A stretch of 64,000 nucleotides of DNA from an uncultured Planctomycetota bacterium (GTDB taxonomy: Bacteria; Planctomycetota; Planctomycetia; Isosphaerales; Isosphaeraceae): positions 800,001-864,000 of the forward strand of contig CAVTTN010000002.1 in NCBI GenBank assembly GCA_963737655.1. The letters run 5' to 3'. Both the position numbers and the translations under genes were made by a program. Below the pieces are notes generated by a model that saw only the letters and a program-made list of their open reading frames with translations, was not told where the DNA came from and searched no databases. Positions 30,859 through 41,877 of the stretch are shown here, piece by piece (within the stretch, counting starts at the first letter, position 1; each line of letters opens with the position of its first letter).

Positions 30859-33378
30859 CTAGCCGATCGGCACGGGGTCCGCCCCCCAGATCGCCTTGGC
30901 GTATTCGGCGATCGTGCGGTCGCTGGAGAACTTCCCGGAGTGCGCGACGTTGAGGATCGCCCTCCGCGACCACTCCTCGGGACGGGTGTAAAGGTCGGAC
31001 ACCCGGGACTGGGTCGCGACGTAGGACGACAGGTCGGCCAAATGCATGTAGTAATCGCCGTGGGTGAGGAGGACGTCCTTGATCGTCGCGTAGCGGTCGG
31101 GCTGGTCCCGGCTGAAGTGGCCGGAGAAGATGAGGTCCAGGGCCTGTCGGGTCTCGGCTTCGTTGTCGTAATGCCATCGAGGGTTATACCATCCCCGCGA
31201 GTCGGCGACCTGATCGGCGGTCAGGCCGAACAGGAACGCGTTCTCCTCGCCGACTTCCTCGGCGATCTCGATCGTGGCGCCGTCTCGCGTCCCGACGGTC
31301 AGGGCGCCGTTCATCATGAACTTCATGTTGCTCGTGCCGCTCGCCTCGTAGCCGGCGGTGGAGATCTGCTCCGAGACGTCACTCGCCGGGATCAACCGCT
31401 CGGCGAGGGTGACCGAGTAGTTCGGCAGGAACTCGACCCGGAGCTTGCCCCGGACGGCCGGGTCGCGATTGATCACGGAACCGACGTCGTTGATGAGGTG
31501 GATGATCCGCTTGGCGAGGCGGTAGGCCGGCGCCGCCTTGCCGCCGAACAGGAACGTCCTGGGCGGAGTATCCAGCGACGGATTTGTGCGCAACCGATTG
31601 TAACAGACCACGATCTGCAGCACATTCAACAACTGACGCTTGTACTCGTGGATGCGCTTGATCTGCGTGTCGAAGATCGTGTCGGGATCGATCGCGATCC
31701 CCTCCTTGGCCTTGATCCAGTCGACGAACCGGACCTTGGCGGCACGCTTCGCCGCCAGGAAGCTCGCGCGGAACGCCGGGTCATCGGCCAGGGGCACGAT
31801 CCGGTTCAGCTCCGCCAGGTCGGTGATCCAGCCGTCGCCGACGGCCTCGGTGAGCAGCGCCGCGAGGTCCGGGTTGGCGAGCAGGAGCCAGCGCCGAGGA
31901 GTGACGCCGTTGGTCTTGTTGCTGAACCGCTGGGGGAACATCTCGGCGAAATCGGCGACGGTCCGGGTCCGAAGGAGTTCCGAGTGGATGGCCGCCACGC
32001 CGTTCGTGCTGTGAGTCCCGACGATCGCGAGATTCGCCATCCGCACCTGGCGGGCCGGGGTCTCCTCGATCAAGCTCATGCGGGCGGCCTTCCTTTCGTC
32101 GCCGGGATGGGCCGCGCGGACCTCGTCCAGGAAGCGCCGGTTGATCTCGTAGATGATCTCCAACTGTCGCGGCAGGAGCGCCTCGAACAGCTCGACCGGC
32201 CATTTTTCGAGGGCCTCCGGCAGCAGCGTGTGGTTGGTGTAGGCCAGGGTGCGGACGGTGAGGTCCCAGGCTTGTTCCCAGACGAGCCCGCCGCGGTCGA
32301 GGAGGATGCGCATCAGCTCCGCCACGGCCATCGCGGGGTGAGTGTCGTTGAGCTGGATGGCGACCTTGTCCGCGAGCGCCGGCCAATCGTTGCCGCGGCG
32401 GAGGAAGCGGGCGATGATGTCGGCCAGCGAGCAGGCGACCAGGAAATACTCCTGGACGAATCGGAGCGAACGCCCCCGGGGCGTCGAGTCGTCGGGGTAG
32501 AGCACGCGGCTGACCGTCTCGGCGAGGACGCGGTCCGAGACGGCGCCGAAGAAGTCGCCGCCGCTGAATTCGCCGAAATGGAAGACGTCCGGGGTCGCGG
32601 CCTGCCAGAGTCGGAGGGTGTTGACGGTCCGCCCCCCGTAGCCGACGACCGGCCGGTCGTAGGGCACGCCGAGCAGTTGCGACGACGGCCCCCGATGCAC
32701 CGCGATCTCGCCGCCATGGACCTCGAACCCCGAGCCGAGGGGCACGGGCACCGTCTCGTTCGGGCGAGCGACCTCCCACGGGTCCGGGTGGCTCAGCCAG
32801 TGGTCGGGCTGCTCGACCTGCGCGTTGTCGCGGATCTCCTGACGGAAGATCCCGTAGTCGTAGCGGAGGCCGTAGCCGATGGCCGGGATCGCCATCGTGG
32901 CCATCGAGTCGATGAAACATGCCGCGAGCCGGCCGAGCCCGCCGTTGCCGAGGCCGGCGTCGGGCTCCTGCTCCAGGATCTCGGCGAGCTTCAACCCCCG
33001 GTCACGGCTGGCGGCATCGACCAGCGGCGAGAGCATCAGGTTGGCGATGTTATTCGCCAGAGACCGGCCGATCAGGAACTCCATCGAGAGGTAGTAGACC
33101 TGCCTGGGGTTGGCCCGGTCGTATTCCTGAGCGGTCCGCACCCAGCGCTGGGAGAGCACGTCGCGGACCGCGGAGGCGACGGCCTCGAATTGCTGGCGAG
33201 GCCCGGCGTCCTTCGGGTCCACGACGTGATCGAAGACCAGTCGGCGCTCGTACAGCGCGTCGTCCCCGCCGGTGAACTTCACCGGCCCGCATCCGTATCG
33301 AGCGGCGAGGTCGACGGGGCTGTCGGCCTCGCGGCCGTCGATCTTCGGAGCCTTGGGAGCCGCGGTTGAGCTGGTCAT
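30859..33378 (-). CDS. glgP: Glycogen/maltodextrin phosphorylase
   Basis: YYLSMEFLIGR, LGNGGLGRLAAC, QLNDTHP, KRIHEYKRQ, EASGTSNMKF (PLP lysine). Confidence 0.97.
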   Translation of the reverse strand: MTSSTAAPKAPKIDGREADSPVDLAARYGCGPVKFTGGDDALYERRLVFDHVVDPKDAGPRQQFEAVASAVRDVLSQRWVRTAQEYDRANPRQVYYLSMEFLIGRSLANNIANLMLSPLVDAASRDRGLKLAEILEQEPDAGLGNGGLGRLAACFIDSMATMAIPAIGYGLRYDYGIFRQEIRDNAQVEQPDHWLSHPDPWEVARPNETVPVPLGSGFEVHGGEIAVHRGPSSQLLGVPYDRPVVGYGGRTVNTLRLWQAATPDVFHFGEFSGGDFFGAVSDRVLAETVSRVLYPDDSTPRGRSLRFVQEYFLVACSLADIIARFLRRGNDWPALADKVAIQLNDTHPAMAVAELMRILLDRGGLVWEQAWDLTVRTLAYTNHTLLPEALEKWPVELFEALLPRQLEIIYEINRRFLDEVRAAHPGDERKAARMSLIEETPARQVRMANLAIVGTHSTNGVAAIHSELLRTRTVADFAEMFPQRFSNKTNGVTPRRWLLLANPDLAALLTEAVGDGWITDLAELNRIVPLADDPAFRASFLAAKRAAKVRFVDWIKAKEGIAIDPDTIFDTQIKRIHEYKRQLLNVLQIVVCYNRLRTNPSLDTPPRTFLFGGKAAPAYRLAKRIIHLINDVGSVINRDPAVRGKLRVEFLPNYSVTLAERLIPASDVSEQISTAGYEASGTSNMKFMMNGALTVGTRDGATIEIAEEVGEENAFLFGLTADQVADSRGWYNPRWHYDNEAETRQALDLIFSGHFSRDQPDRYATIKDVLLTHGDYYMHLADLSSYVATQSRVSDLYTRPEEWSRRAILNVAHSGKFSSDRTIAEYAKAIWGADPVPIG

Positions 33379-34112
33379 GGCGTGACCTCCTGGTTCGCTT
33401 TCCACCGGCCGTGGTGCTCGCGCAAGACCACAAGTGCTTCGGGGCCGGACTGGCAACAAATCGGGATGGCGAAGTCCTGGGGGCTGGCGAGCGGACTCTC
33501 GGGGCGCAGCATCGACTTCCTGGCCCAATCGACCAGCTCCGCCCACATCGCACCGACCAGGATCAGCGGGGTTTCGTTCAGCTTCCGCACCTGGAGGAGC
33601 TGCCAGACCATCGTCATCTCCAGAATCGTGCCGATGCCCCCCGGCACGACGACGAAGGCGTCGGAGACGAGCACGAAGTGGTGCAATCGCGAGAAAAACG
33701 TCTTGTGCTCGAACGCTTGAAGGACGAAGGGGTTCACGTCCTGCTCGAACGGGAGCTCGACGCGGATGCCGACGGACGCACTTCCCGGGCCGGCCCCGGC
33801 CAGGCGGGCCCCCTCGTTCGCCGCTTGCATCAGGCCGGGCCCGCCACCCGTGACGATGTCGCAGCCAAGGCGCGTCAACTCCGCGGCCAGGTCGCGGACG
33901 GCCGCGTAGGCCCAGTGGTCGGGCTGAATTCGGGCCGACCCGAAGATCGTCACGCGGTAGCGTTCCCGGCGGGTCGGCCGGAGGCGAGTCAGGTTGTTGA
34001 CGACGTCCCACAGGCCGAGCACGGCCTGCGAGAGGACCTGAACCGTCGATTCCTCGTCGTCGAGCCGGACGTACCCGGAAGGCCCGCCGGAACCCTCGTG
34101 GTCGCTCGCCAT
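33375..34112 (-). CDS. LOG family (nucleotide phosphoribohydrolase-like) protein
   Basis: VTIFGSAR, TGGGPGLMQAAN.GA, PGGIGTILE. Confidence 0.9.
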   Translation of the reverse strand: MASDHEGSGGPSGYVRLDDEESTVQVLSQAVLGLWDVVNNLTRLRPTRRERYRVTIFGSARIQPDHWAYAAVRDLAAELTRLGCDIVTGGGPGLMQAANEGARLAGAGPGSASVGIRVELPFEQDVNPFVLQAFEHKTFFSRLHHFVLVSDAFVVVPGGIGTILEMTMVWQLLQVRKLNETPLILVGAMWAELVDWARKSMLRPESPLASPQDFAIPICCQSGPEALVVLREHHGRWKANQEVTP

Positions 34113-34113
34113 C

Positions 34114-36252
34114 TCATCCCCTCGGTTGATGCGTGTTCGGATTCGCCCCCGATGTCGCGACCTCGTACAACATCACGACGGACCGAGCCTCGGCCCGATA
34201 GCTTCGGCCGGGTGCGGGAGGCGCCTCCTGCCAGGGGACGATGTCGTGCGGAGAGTCGAGCGCGGTGTCGAACCATCGCCGCCAGCACCGGCCCTCGCCG
34301 AGTTCCGGCAGCTCGAATTCGAGCGGCTGCCAGTAGGCATTCAGGATGACGTGGAGGCTCAGCCCTTCCTCGCGAAGCTCCGCGGTCAGGGCGAGGCAAT
34401 GCGACGAGTCGCCCCAATCCGGCTCGTTCAGCTTCACGCCGTGCCAGGCCCGTTTCGACTCTCGCAGGAGCGTGTCGAGACTCGTGCGCCGCAGCTCGGG
34501 CTCCACGTTGCGCAGGGTCCGCCGCGCGGCCAGGAGGCGAACGAAACGATAAACGTCGGCGTGCTTCTCTAGGAGAGTCCAGTCGAACCAGGTGGAGGGG
34601 TCGTCGTGGCAATAGCCGTTATTGTTGCCGTGTTGCGTGCGCCGGACCTCGTCTCCCATGAGGATCATGGGCAGGCCCAGCGACATGAGCGTGACCGCCA
34701 GATGATTCTTCACCTGGCGGTTGCGCAATCGCTCGATCGCGGGGTCGTCGGTCGGTCCCTCGACTCCGCAGTTCCAGCTCCGGTTGTCGTTGGCGCCGTC
34801 GCGGTTGGCCTCGCCATTGGCCTCGTTGTGCTTGCCGTTGTAAGAAACGAGGTCGTTGAGCGTGAAGCCGTCGTGGCAGGTGACGAAGTTGACGCTCTGC
34901 TCGGCCTCGCGCCGCTTGTGCCCGTAGAGTTCGGGGCTGCCGACCAGGCGGTCCGCCACGCGGCGCACCGAGCCGTTCTCGCCGCGGAAGAAGTCGCGGA
35001 CGTCGTCGCGGAATCGGCCGTTCCACTCCTTCCAGGCGTCTCCCACGAAGCTCCCGACCTGGTAGAGTCCGGCCGCGTCCCACGCCTCGGCGAGCAGCTT
35101 CGTGCCGGCCAGGGCGGGGTCCGACTCGATGTCCCAGAGCACGGGCGGGTTCGGCAGCGGTTGGCCCGCGGCGTCGCGGGACAGGATCGACGCGAGGTCG
35201 AACCGGAAGCCGTCGACGTGCATCTCCTCGACCCAGTAGCGCAGGCTATCGACGATCATGCGGCGGACGATCGGCTGATTCGCGTTGAGCGTATTTCCGC
35301 AGCCCGTGTAGTCGGCATACCGCGAGCCGTCCCGTTCGAGGATGTAGTACGTCGGGTTGTCGATCCCGCGAAAGCTGACGGTCGGCCCGGTGTGGTCGCC
35401 CTCGGCGGTGTGGTTGAACACGACGTCGAGGATGACCTCGATGCCGGCCCGATGGAGGGCCTTGACCATGTCTCGGAATTCGTCCGCGGGGCCGATCGCG
35501 TCGCGTCGCGAGCTATAGGCCGGGTGGGGGGCGAAGAACGAGACCGGCTGGTAGCCCCAGTAATTCACCAGCCCCGCCGGGCACGCCTGCGGGTCGAAGG
35601 CGAAGACCGGGAGCAGTTCCACGGCGGTGATGCCCAGTTCGCGAAGGTAGGGGATCTTCTCGATCAGGCCGGCGAAGGTGCCTCGCGTCCTCTCTCCGAC
35701 CCCGGAGCTCGGATCACGCGTGAACCCGCGGACGTGCATCTCGTAGATGATGGTGCGCGAGGAGGGCAGGCCGAGCGGAAGGTCTCCCTCCCAGTCGTAG
35801 GCGTCCGGGTCGATGACGACGCTCTTCATCGCGGTCGCGGCGTTGTCTCCTTCCCGCCTGGCGGCCTGGTGATCGTAGGCCCTGGGGACGACCACGCCGC
35901 GCCCGTAGGGATCGAGCAGCAGCTTGCTGGGATCGAATCGCAGGCCAGGCGACGGTTCCGCCGGCCCTTCGACCCGGTAGCCGTAGAGCTGTCCCGGCGA
36001 TACCCGCGGCACGAACGTATGCCAGTAGTGGTACGTGCGGTTGGTCGCCGGATCGAGCCGAACGACTCGCGATGGCGCGGCGTCATCGTCCCGATCGAAG
36101 AACGCGAGCTCGACGCCGGTCGCGGTCCGGGAGAACACGCTGAAATTCACGCCCCCCTCGACGACGGTGGCACCGAGGGGCGAGCCCCGGCCGATGCCTG
36201 GGTCGGCGTTCGTCGCTCGGGCGGTCCGGCCGATGCTCCTGGCGATGGTCAC
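34114..36252 (-). CDS. glgX: Glycogen debranching enzyme (isoamylase, GH13)
   Basis: PLGAT..GVNFSVFS, NYWGY, DVVFNHT, DGFRFDLA, AEAWD, TCHDGFTL.D. Confidence 0.96.
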   Translation of the reverse strand: MTIARSIGRTARATNADPGIGRGSPLGATVVEGGVNFSVFSRTATGVELAFFDRDDDAAPSRVVRLDPATNRTYHYWHTFVPRVSPGQLYGYRVEGPAEPSPGLRFDPSKLLLDPYGRGVVVPRAYDHQAARREGDNAATAMKSVVIDPDAYDWEGDLPLGLPSSRTIIYEMHVRGFTRDPSSGVGERTRGTFAGLIEKIPYLRELGITAVELLPVFAFDPQACPAGLVNYWGYQPVSFFAPHPAYSSRRDAIGPADEFRDMVKALHRAGIEVILDVVFNHTAEGDHTGPTVSFRGIDNPTYYILERDGSRYADYTGCGNTLNANQPIVRRMIVDSLRYWVEEMHVDGFRFDLASILSRDAAGQPLPNPPVLWDIESDPALAGTKLLAEAWDAAGLYQVGSFVGDAWKEWNGRFRDDVRDFFRGENGSVRRVADRLVGSPELYGHKRREAEQSVNFVTCHDGFTLNDLVSYNGKHNEANGEANRDGANDNRSWNCGVEGPTDDPAIERLRNRQVKNHLAVTLMSLGLPMILMGDEVRRTQHGNNNGYCHDDPSTWFDWTLLEKHADVYRFVRLLAARRTLRNVEPELRRTSLDTLLRESKRAWHGVKLNEPDWGDSSHCLALTAELREEGLSLHVILNAYWQPLEFELPELGEGRCWRRWFDTALDSPHDIVPWQEAPPAPGRSYRAEARSVVMLYEVATSGANPNTHQPRG

Positions 36253-36330
36253 GATGGCCTCGTTCTCTTCTCGAACCCGTCTTGAGGAGGCGCATTCGAC
36301 TCGACCGAGCCGAGCCGAGCCGATCCCGAA

Positions 36331-36930
36331 TCACTCTCGCGGTTGGACGATGTGATTCCAGAGGGCGACGATCGGCTCGTCGCGATTCTTGTGCTCGTAG
36401 CCCAGCACCCCGACGCTGGCGGGCCGGCAGTAGAAGAACCGCCCGGCGGCCGGCGGCAGGCCGAGCCATCGGGCGGCGATCATGCGGATGATATGCCCGC
36501 TCGAGAACGCCAGCACGTTCCCTTCGATGCGTCGGGTTCGAACGATGAAGTCGTCGGCCCGGGCGGCGACGTCCCCCGGCGATTCGCCGTCGGGGCAACC
36601 GTCGCGGAACAGCTCCCAACCGGGCTGCTGCTTCACGATCTGCCTCGTCAGCATCCCCTCGAACCGGCCGTAGTCCCACTCGACGAGGTCCGGATCGACC
36701 TCCGCGACCGCCCCGAAGCCGGCGAGCTCGCACGTCTTCGAGGCGCGCTGCAGGGGGCTTGTGAAGACCCGGGCGAAGGAGTATTTCCGCAGGCGCTCGC
36801 CGAGCTGGCGTGCGCGTTCCTCTCCGGCCGCGTTCAGCGGGATGTCGGTGCGGCCCGTGCGTTGATGGGAGTCGGTCCAGGCCGTGTCGCCATGCCTCGC
36901 GAGGAACAGTTTCGGCATCTCGGTTGGCAT
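36331..36930 (-). CDS. Histidine phosphatase family protein
   Basis: LARHGDTAW, SPLQRA..T, EWDYG.FEG, PDGES. Confidence 0.92.
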   Translation of the reverse strand: MPTEMPKLFLARHGDTAWTDSHQRTGRTDIPLNAAGEERARQLGERLRKYSFARVFTSPLQRASKTCELAGFGAVAEVDPDLVEWDYGRFEGMLTRQIVKQQPGWELFRDGCPDGESPGDVAARADDFIVRTRRIEGNVLAFSSGHIIRMIAARWLGLPPAAGRFFYCRPASVGVLGYEHKNRDEPIVALWNHIVQPRE

Positions 36931-36995
36931 GGGATCTCCCCGGGTTACGGCCCCCGACACGGCGAAACGCTCCACCGGCCGGGGGCCCCTGGCTC

Positions 36996-39479
36996 CTAGA
37001 CGTTGTCCCCTTCGGTGGAGGTCGAGGCCGAGGCCGAGCGCTCCGGGCCCTTCAGCCCCCACTTCCAGCCGCTGATCTCCGGCATGTCGTCGCCGTGCTT
37101 CGCGATGTATTCCTTGTGCTCGATCAGCTTCTCGTTGATCGCCTGCTTGAAGTAGGCGGCCCGCGAGCCTAGCTGGGGCAGCCGGTCGATCACGTCGCCC
37201 GCCAGGTGGAATCGGTCGAGGTCGTTCATGACCACCATGTCGAACGGCGTGGAGGTGGTCCCCTCCTCCTTGTAGCCGCGGACGTGCAGGTTCCGGTGGT
37301 TGGTCCGGCGGTAGGTCAGGCGGTGGATCAGCCACGGGTAGCCGTGGAAGGCGAAGATGACGGGCTTGTCCTTCGTGAACAGGGCGTCGAAGTCCGCGTC
37401 CGGGAGCCCGTGCGGGTGCTCGCTCTGCGGCTGGAGCTTCATCAGGTTCACGACATTGATCACGCGGACCTTCAGCTCCGGGATGTTCCTTCGCAGCATC
37501 TCGACCGCCGCCAGGGTCTCCAGCGTCGGCACGTCGCCGCAGCAGGCCATGACCACGTCGGGCTCGCCGCCCTTGTCGTTGCTGGCCCACTCCCAGATGC
37601 CCAGGCCCTGGGTGCAGTGCTTGATCGCCTGGTCCATCGTCAGCCACTGAGGCGCGGGCTGCTTGCCGGCGACGACCACGTTGACATAGTTGCGGCTTCG
37701 CAAGCAGTGGTCCGTGACCGAGAGCAGGCAGTTGGCGTCGGGCGGCAGGTAGACGCGGACCACCGAGGCCTTCTTGTTGATCACGTGGTCGAGGAACCCC
37801 GGGTCCTGGTGGCTGAACCCGTTGTGATCCTGCCGCCAGACGTGCGAGCTGAGGAAGTAGTTGAACGACGCGATCGGCCGTCGCCAGGGGATCTCGTTGC
37901 AGACCTTCAGCCACTTGGCGTGCTGGTTGAACATCGAGTCGATGATGTGGATGAACGCCTCGTAGCACGAGAAGAACCCGTGGCGTCCGGTGAGCGTGTA
38001 GGCCTCCAGCCAGCCCTGGCACTGGTGCTCGCTGAGGACCTCCATGACGCGGCCATCGGGGCTGAGATGGTCGTCCTCCGGGAGGATCTCGGCCATGTAG
38101 CAGCGGTCGGTGACCTCCAGCACGTCCTGCCAGCGGTTCGAGTTGTTCTCGTCCGGGCTGAACAGGCGGAAATTCTTGCTCTCCAGGTTGAGCTTCATGA
38201 CGTCCCGGAGGAACCGGCCCATCTCCCGGGCCGACTCGACCATGGGCTGCCCCGGGGCGGGGACGTCCACGGCGTAATCGCGGAAATCGGGCAGCCTCAG
38301 GTCGCGGAGCAGCAGGCCGCCGTTGGCGTGCGGGTTGTCGCTCATCCGGCGCTTCCCCTGCGGCGGCAGCTCGGCCAGCTCGGGGACGAGCCGACCGCCC
38401 GCGTCGAACAGCTCCTCGGGCCGATAGCTCTTCATCCAGCCTTCGAGGATCCGGATGTGCTCAAGCTTGTCCATCTCGCCCATCGGGACCTGGTGGCTCC
38501 GCCAGTAGCCCTCGCACTTCTTGCCGTCGATCTCGGCGGGGCAGGTCCAGCCCTTCGGCGTGCGGAAGACGATCATCGGCCACGCCGGCCGGGTGGTCAC
38601 CCCCCCGTTGCGGGCGTCGTCCCAAATCTGATGGATCTCGGCCACGACGGCGTCGAGCACGCTGGCGAGTTTCGGGTGGACCTCGGCGGGATCATCCCCC
38701 TCCACGAAATACGGCTTGTAGCCCATCCCCTCGAAGAACTTCTGGAGCTCCTCGTGGGGGATGCGGGCGAGGAAGCAGGGGTTGGCGATCTTGTAGCCGT
38801 TGAGGTGGAGGATCGGCAAAACGGCGCCGTCCCTCGCCGGGTTCAGGAACTTGTTCCCGTGCCATCCGGTGGCCAGGGCGCCGGTCTCCGCCTCGCCGTC
38901 GCCGACGACGCAGGCGACGATCAGGTCCGGGTTGTCGAACGCGGCGCCGAAGGCGTGGCTCAGGGCGTAGCCCAGCTCGCCGCCCTCGTGGATGCTGCCC
39001 GGCGTCTCCGGCGCGACGTGGCTGGGGATGCCCCCGGGGAAGCTGAACTGCTTGAACAGCTTCTGCATCCCCTCGGCATCCCGGCTGATCTCCGGGTAGA
39101 CCTCGCTGTAGGTCCCCTCGAGGTAGGCGTGGGCGACGAGCGAGGGCCCGCCGTGGCCCGGCCCGATGATGTAAATCATGTCCAGGTCATCGCGCTTGAT
39201 GACCCGGTTCAGGTGCGTGCAGAGCATGTTCAGCCCCGGCGACGTGCCCCAGTGGCCGAGCAGCCGCGGCTTGATGTGCTCCCGCTTCAGGGGCTCGCGA
39301 AGGAGCGGGTTGTCGAGCAGGTAGATCTGGCCGACGGCGAGGTAGTTGAGGGCGCGCCAGTAGGCGTCGAGCTTCCGAAGCTCGTCCGGCGAGAGCGGGG
39401 CGTCCGCATCCTTGCCGCGCGAATCGCGCGAGGGTCGGGATGCCCCGGGTCTCACTGGCGTCGGCATGGTCGCGTCCAT
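36996..39479 (-). CDS. xfp: Phosphoketolase (XFP family)
   Basis: [31 protein letters not shown] (TPP), [18 protein letters not shown]. Confidence 0.97.
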   Translation of the reverse strand: MDATMPTPVRPGASRPSRDSRGKDADAPLSPDELRKLDAYWRALNYLAVGQIYLLDNPLLREPLKREHIKPRLLGHWGTSPGLNMLCTHLNRVIKRDDLDMIYIIGPGHGGPSLVAHAYLEGTYSEVYPEISRDAEGMQKLFKQFSFPGGIPSHVAPETPGSIHEGGELGYALSHAFGAAFDNPDLIVACVVGDGEAETGALATGWHGNKFLNPARDGAVLPILHLNGYKIANPCFLARIPHEELQKFFEGMGYKPYFVEGDDPAEVHPKLASVLDAVVAEIHQIWDDARNGGVTTRPAWPMIVFRTPKGWTCPAEIDGKKCEGYWRSHQVPMGEMDKLEHIRILEGWMKSYRPEELFDAGGRLVPELAELPPQGKRRMSDNPHANGGLLLRDLRLPDFRDYAVDVPAPGQPMVESAREMGRFLRDVMKLNLESKNFRLFSPDENNSNRWQDVLEVTDRCYMAEILPEDDHLSPDGRVMEVLSEHQCQGWLEAYTLTGRHGFFSCYEAFIHIIDSMFNQHAKWLKVCNEIPWRRPIASFNYFLSSHVWRQDHNGFSHQDPGFLDHVINKKASVVRVYLPPDANCLLSVTDHCLRSRNYVNVVVAGKQPAPQWLTMDQAIKHCTQGLGIWEWASNDKGGEPDVVMACCGDVPTLETLAAVEMLRRNIPELKVRVINVVNLMKLQPQSEHPHGLPDADFDALFTKDKPVIFAFHGYPWLIHRLTYRRTNHRNLHVRGYKEEGTTSTPFDMVVMNDLDRFHLAGDVIDRLPQLGSRAAYFKQAINEKLIEHKEYIAKHGDDMPEISGWKWGLKGPERSASASTSTEGDNV

Positions 39480-39520
39480 CGGTCGGCTCCGTAACGGGGC
39501 TGGCTCGGTCGGTGTTGGGC

Positions 39521-40774
39521 TTACGGCGAGGGGACGCCGAGGCGAATCGTCGCCCTGGCGATCATGACTTCCTCGTCGGTCGGGATCACGCGGACGCGGG
39601 TCGGGCACGCATCGGTCGAGATCCGCGGCCCGCCGGCCGCGTTGCGGTCGACGTCGAGGGCGATCCCGAGGAATTCGAGCCCTTCGCAGACGCGGCGGCG
39701 GACCTCGGGCGAATTCTCGCCGACACCGCCGGAGAAGACGAGCGAGTCCAGGCCGCCGAGGGCGGCGGCCAGGGCGCCGATCCCCTTCTTCACGCTGTAG
39801 CAAAACACGTCGATGGCCTCGGCCGCGCGGGCGTCCGCCTCGCGCCGGGCCAGGAGGTCGCGCAGGTCGGAACTCGTCTCGGAGACGCCCAGGAGGCCGG
39901 ACTCCTGGGAGGCCATCCGGTGGAACCCCTCGGGCGTCATCCCCTCGGCGTGGGCGAGGAACGCGACGAGGCCGGGGTCGACGTCGCCGGAGCGCGTCCC
40001 CATGACGACGCCGGAGGCGGGGGTGAACCCCATCGTCGTCTCCAGGCACCGGCCCTCGCGCACGGCGGCCAGGCTCGCACCCGACCCGAGATGGGCCAGG
40101 ACGACCCGGCCTCGGGCCTCCTCCGGACCCGCGATCCGGGCCAGCTCCTCCATGAGGAAGGCGTAGGAGAGCCCGTGAAACCCGTACCGCCGGACACCGA
40201 GGCCCCAGTACTTCCGCGGGATGGGCACGATCTGCGCGGGCCTCGGCAGGTCGCGGTGGAACGCGGTGTCGAAGCAGGCGACTTGGGGGATCGCGGGGAG
40301 GGCCTCGCGCATCGCCTCGATCAGCGCGATCTCCCCCGGGAGATGCTCCGGGTCGAGCGGACTGAGGCCACGCAGAACGTCGATCTCCGCCGCCGAGACG
40401 ATCGCCGGCTCGACGAATCGGCCGCCCCCGTGGACGATGCGGTGCCCGACGGCCGCGATCGCATCGAGCCCCGGCGATCGCCCGACCCGCTCGATCACCA
40501 GGCCGGCCGCCGCAGCCTGGTCCGGCGCCTCGACCAGGCGGTCTTCCCGCTTGATCCCGTCGGGATCGACGACGATCAGCCGCGATCCCGAGCGCCCGAC
40601 CCGCTCGACGCAGCCGGAGAAGACGCGGGCGATGGGATCGACCTCGAAAACTGCGAACTTGAGGCTGGAGGAGCCGCCATTGATGGTGAGGATGAACGGC
40701 CCAGGCTTCCCCTCGGCCTGGAGCCGGCCGCCCGCGGATCCGCCAAGGTGCGTCATCCCGTCCGAAGTGTTCAT
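39521..40774 (-). CDS. ackA: Acetate kinase
   Basis: [60 protein letters not shown]. Confidence 0.96.
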   Translation of the reverse strand: MNTSDGMTHLGGSAGGRLQAEGKPGPFILTINGGSSSLKFAVFEVDPIARVFSGCVERVGRSGSRLIVVDPDGIKREDRLVEAPDQAAAAGLVIERVGRSPGLDAIAAVGHRIVHGGGRFVEPAIVSAAEIDVLRGLSPLDPEHLPGEIALIEAMREALPAIPQVACFDTAFHRDLPRPAQIVPIPRKYWGLGVRRYGFHGLSYAFLMEELARIAGPEEARGRVVLAHLGSGASLAAVREGRCLETTMGFTPASGVVMGTRSGDVDPGLVAFLAHAEGMTPEGFHRMASQESGLLGVSETSSDLRDLLARREADARAAEAIDVFCYSVKKGIGALAAALGGLDSLVFSGGVGENSPEVRRRVCEGLEFLGIALDVDRNAAGGPRISTDACPTRVRVIPTDEEVMIARATIRLGVPSP

Positions 40775-41046
40775 GAAGTCCGCCCATTCCGCATCGCGAA
40801 CTCGCGACGCGTGTCCTCGCCGATGGAGGAGTGGGCCGTCCCGCCGTGGTCGAGATGGGCCGGCGCGAAAGAATTCGGGACCGTGATGCCGAGGGAGACG
40901 TGCGCGAAGTCGATGCTGCGATCGTCGAACCACTTCGACACGGCCGCCTCGTCGAAGGCGTCCTGGAAGGCCCGGGCCTGCCCGCGCTCCTCCGCGATGA
41001 CGGCTCCCCGCCGACTCGCAAGGTCGCTCGACTCGGCAGCACTCAT
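40771..41046 (-). CDS. Small hypothetical protein coupled to ackA
   Basis: Stop overlaps the ackA start (ATGA); no recognisable motif. Confidence 0.4.
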   Translation of the reverse strand: MSAAESSDLASRRGAVIAEERGQARAFQDAFDEAAVSKWFDDRSIDFAHVSLGITVPNSFAPAHLDHGGTAHSSIGEDTRREFAMRNGRTS

Positions 41047-41725
41047 CGTGGCGACTCCACAGGTGTCCTTCAAGATTCGTTCATTCCGCGTCCTGTTCCC
41101 GTCGACGGCGTCGGCGATTTCTCAATGCCCAAATCATTTTTCATGATCAGCGATCGCCCGGATCGATTCGAGGCTGATGCGCCGGCCAAGCCCTGGACGC
41201 ACGTCGGGCTCGCCTCGACCTCGTTCGGCCCGCTTTGACAATGGGTGCCCGGGAAATGGAAACGACCCAAATCGCGACGTGAACCGGGGCACGCCATCCT
41301 CGCCGAGTCCGCGCGTCCGTCGGGGATGAGGTGTCGCGCTCGCTAGTAAATCCTAGAGTGAATGCTGAAGTCAAGGTTGAACTTTTTGAAAATCCATATC
41401 TCTCCAAAAAGCCAATGGCAACTCGTCCCGACGGCGGCGAGACGCTCGCCATCGTGTAGCCGAAGAAGCGACACCGCATTTGAAGCCCGGCGCCCCGGTT
41501 GCCCTCGCGATCCGATTGCGACGTCTCTCCCGGTGAGAAATACTTTTCCTGGATACTTATTCATCAAATCTCCGCCCGTAGACTCGGGGCGGTCGCGGCG
41601 GCCGGTTGCCACAGCCGTCCGCAGACACGACAGGGGCGCGGCCAGGCGACCTCTCGGCCATGTCGCGTCAAGTTTAGTAGGCCCAGATGCTAGACAAGCG
41701 AGCAGTAGCTCGTCATGGCAGCGGA

Positions 41726-41739
41726 TTGAATGAAATCAA
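41726..41739. promoter_or_regulatory. FNR/CRP-family-like box
   Basis: TTGAA-TGAA-ATCAA, 9/10 match to TTGAT-N4-ATCAA, in the divergent intergenic region. Confidence 0.35.
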
Positions 41740-41877
41740 GCAAAGTTGAAGCTGGCTTCGGGTCGAGAAATGAGACGTATTCCCAGGATCTCGGGACAGC
41801 CGACGCCCGCCGATGGTTCCGAATCGACCCACGGGCTCCGGCCGGATGCTCGAACTCTATCGATGTGGGGCAAGTCC

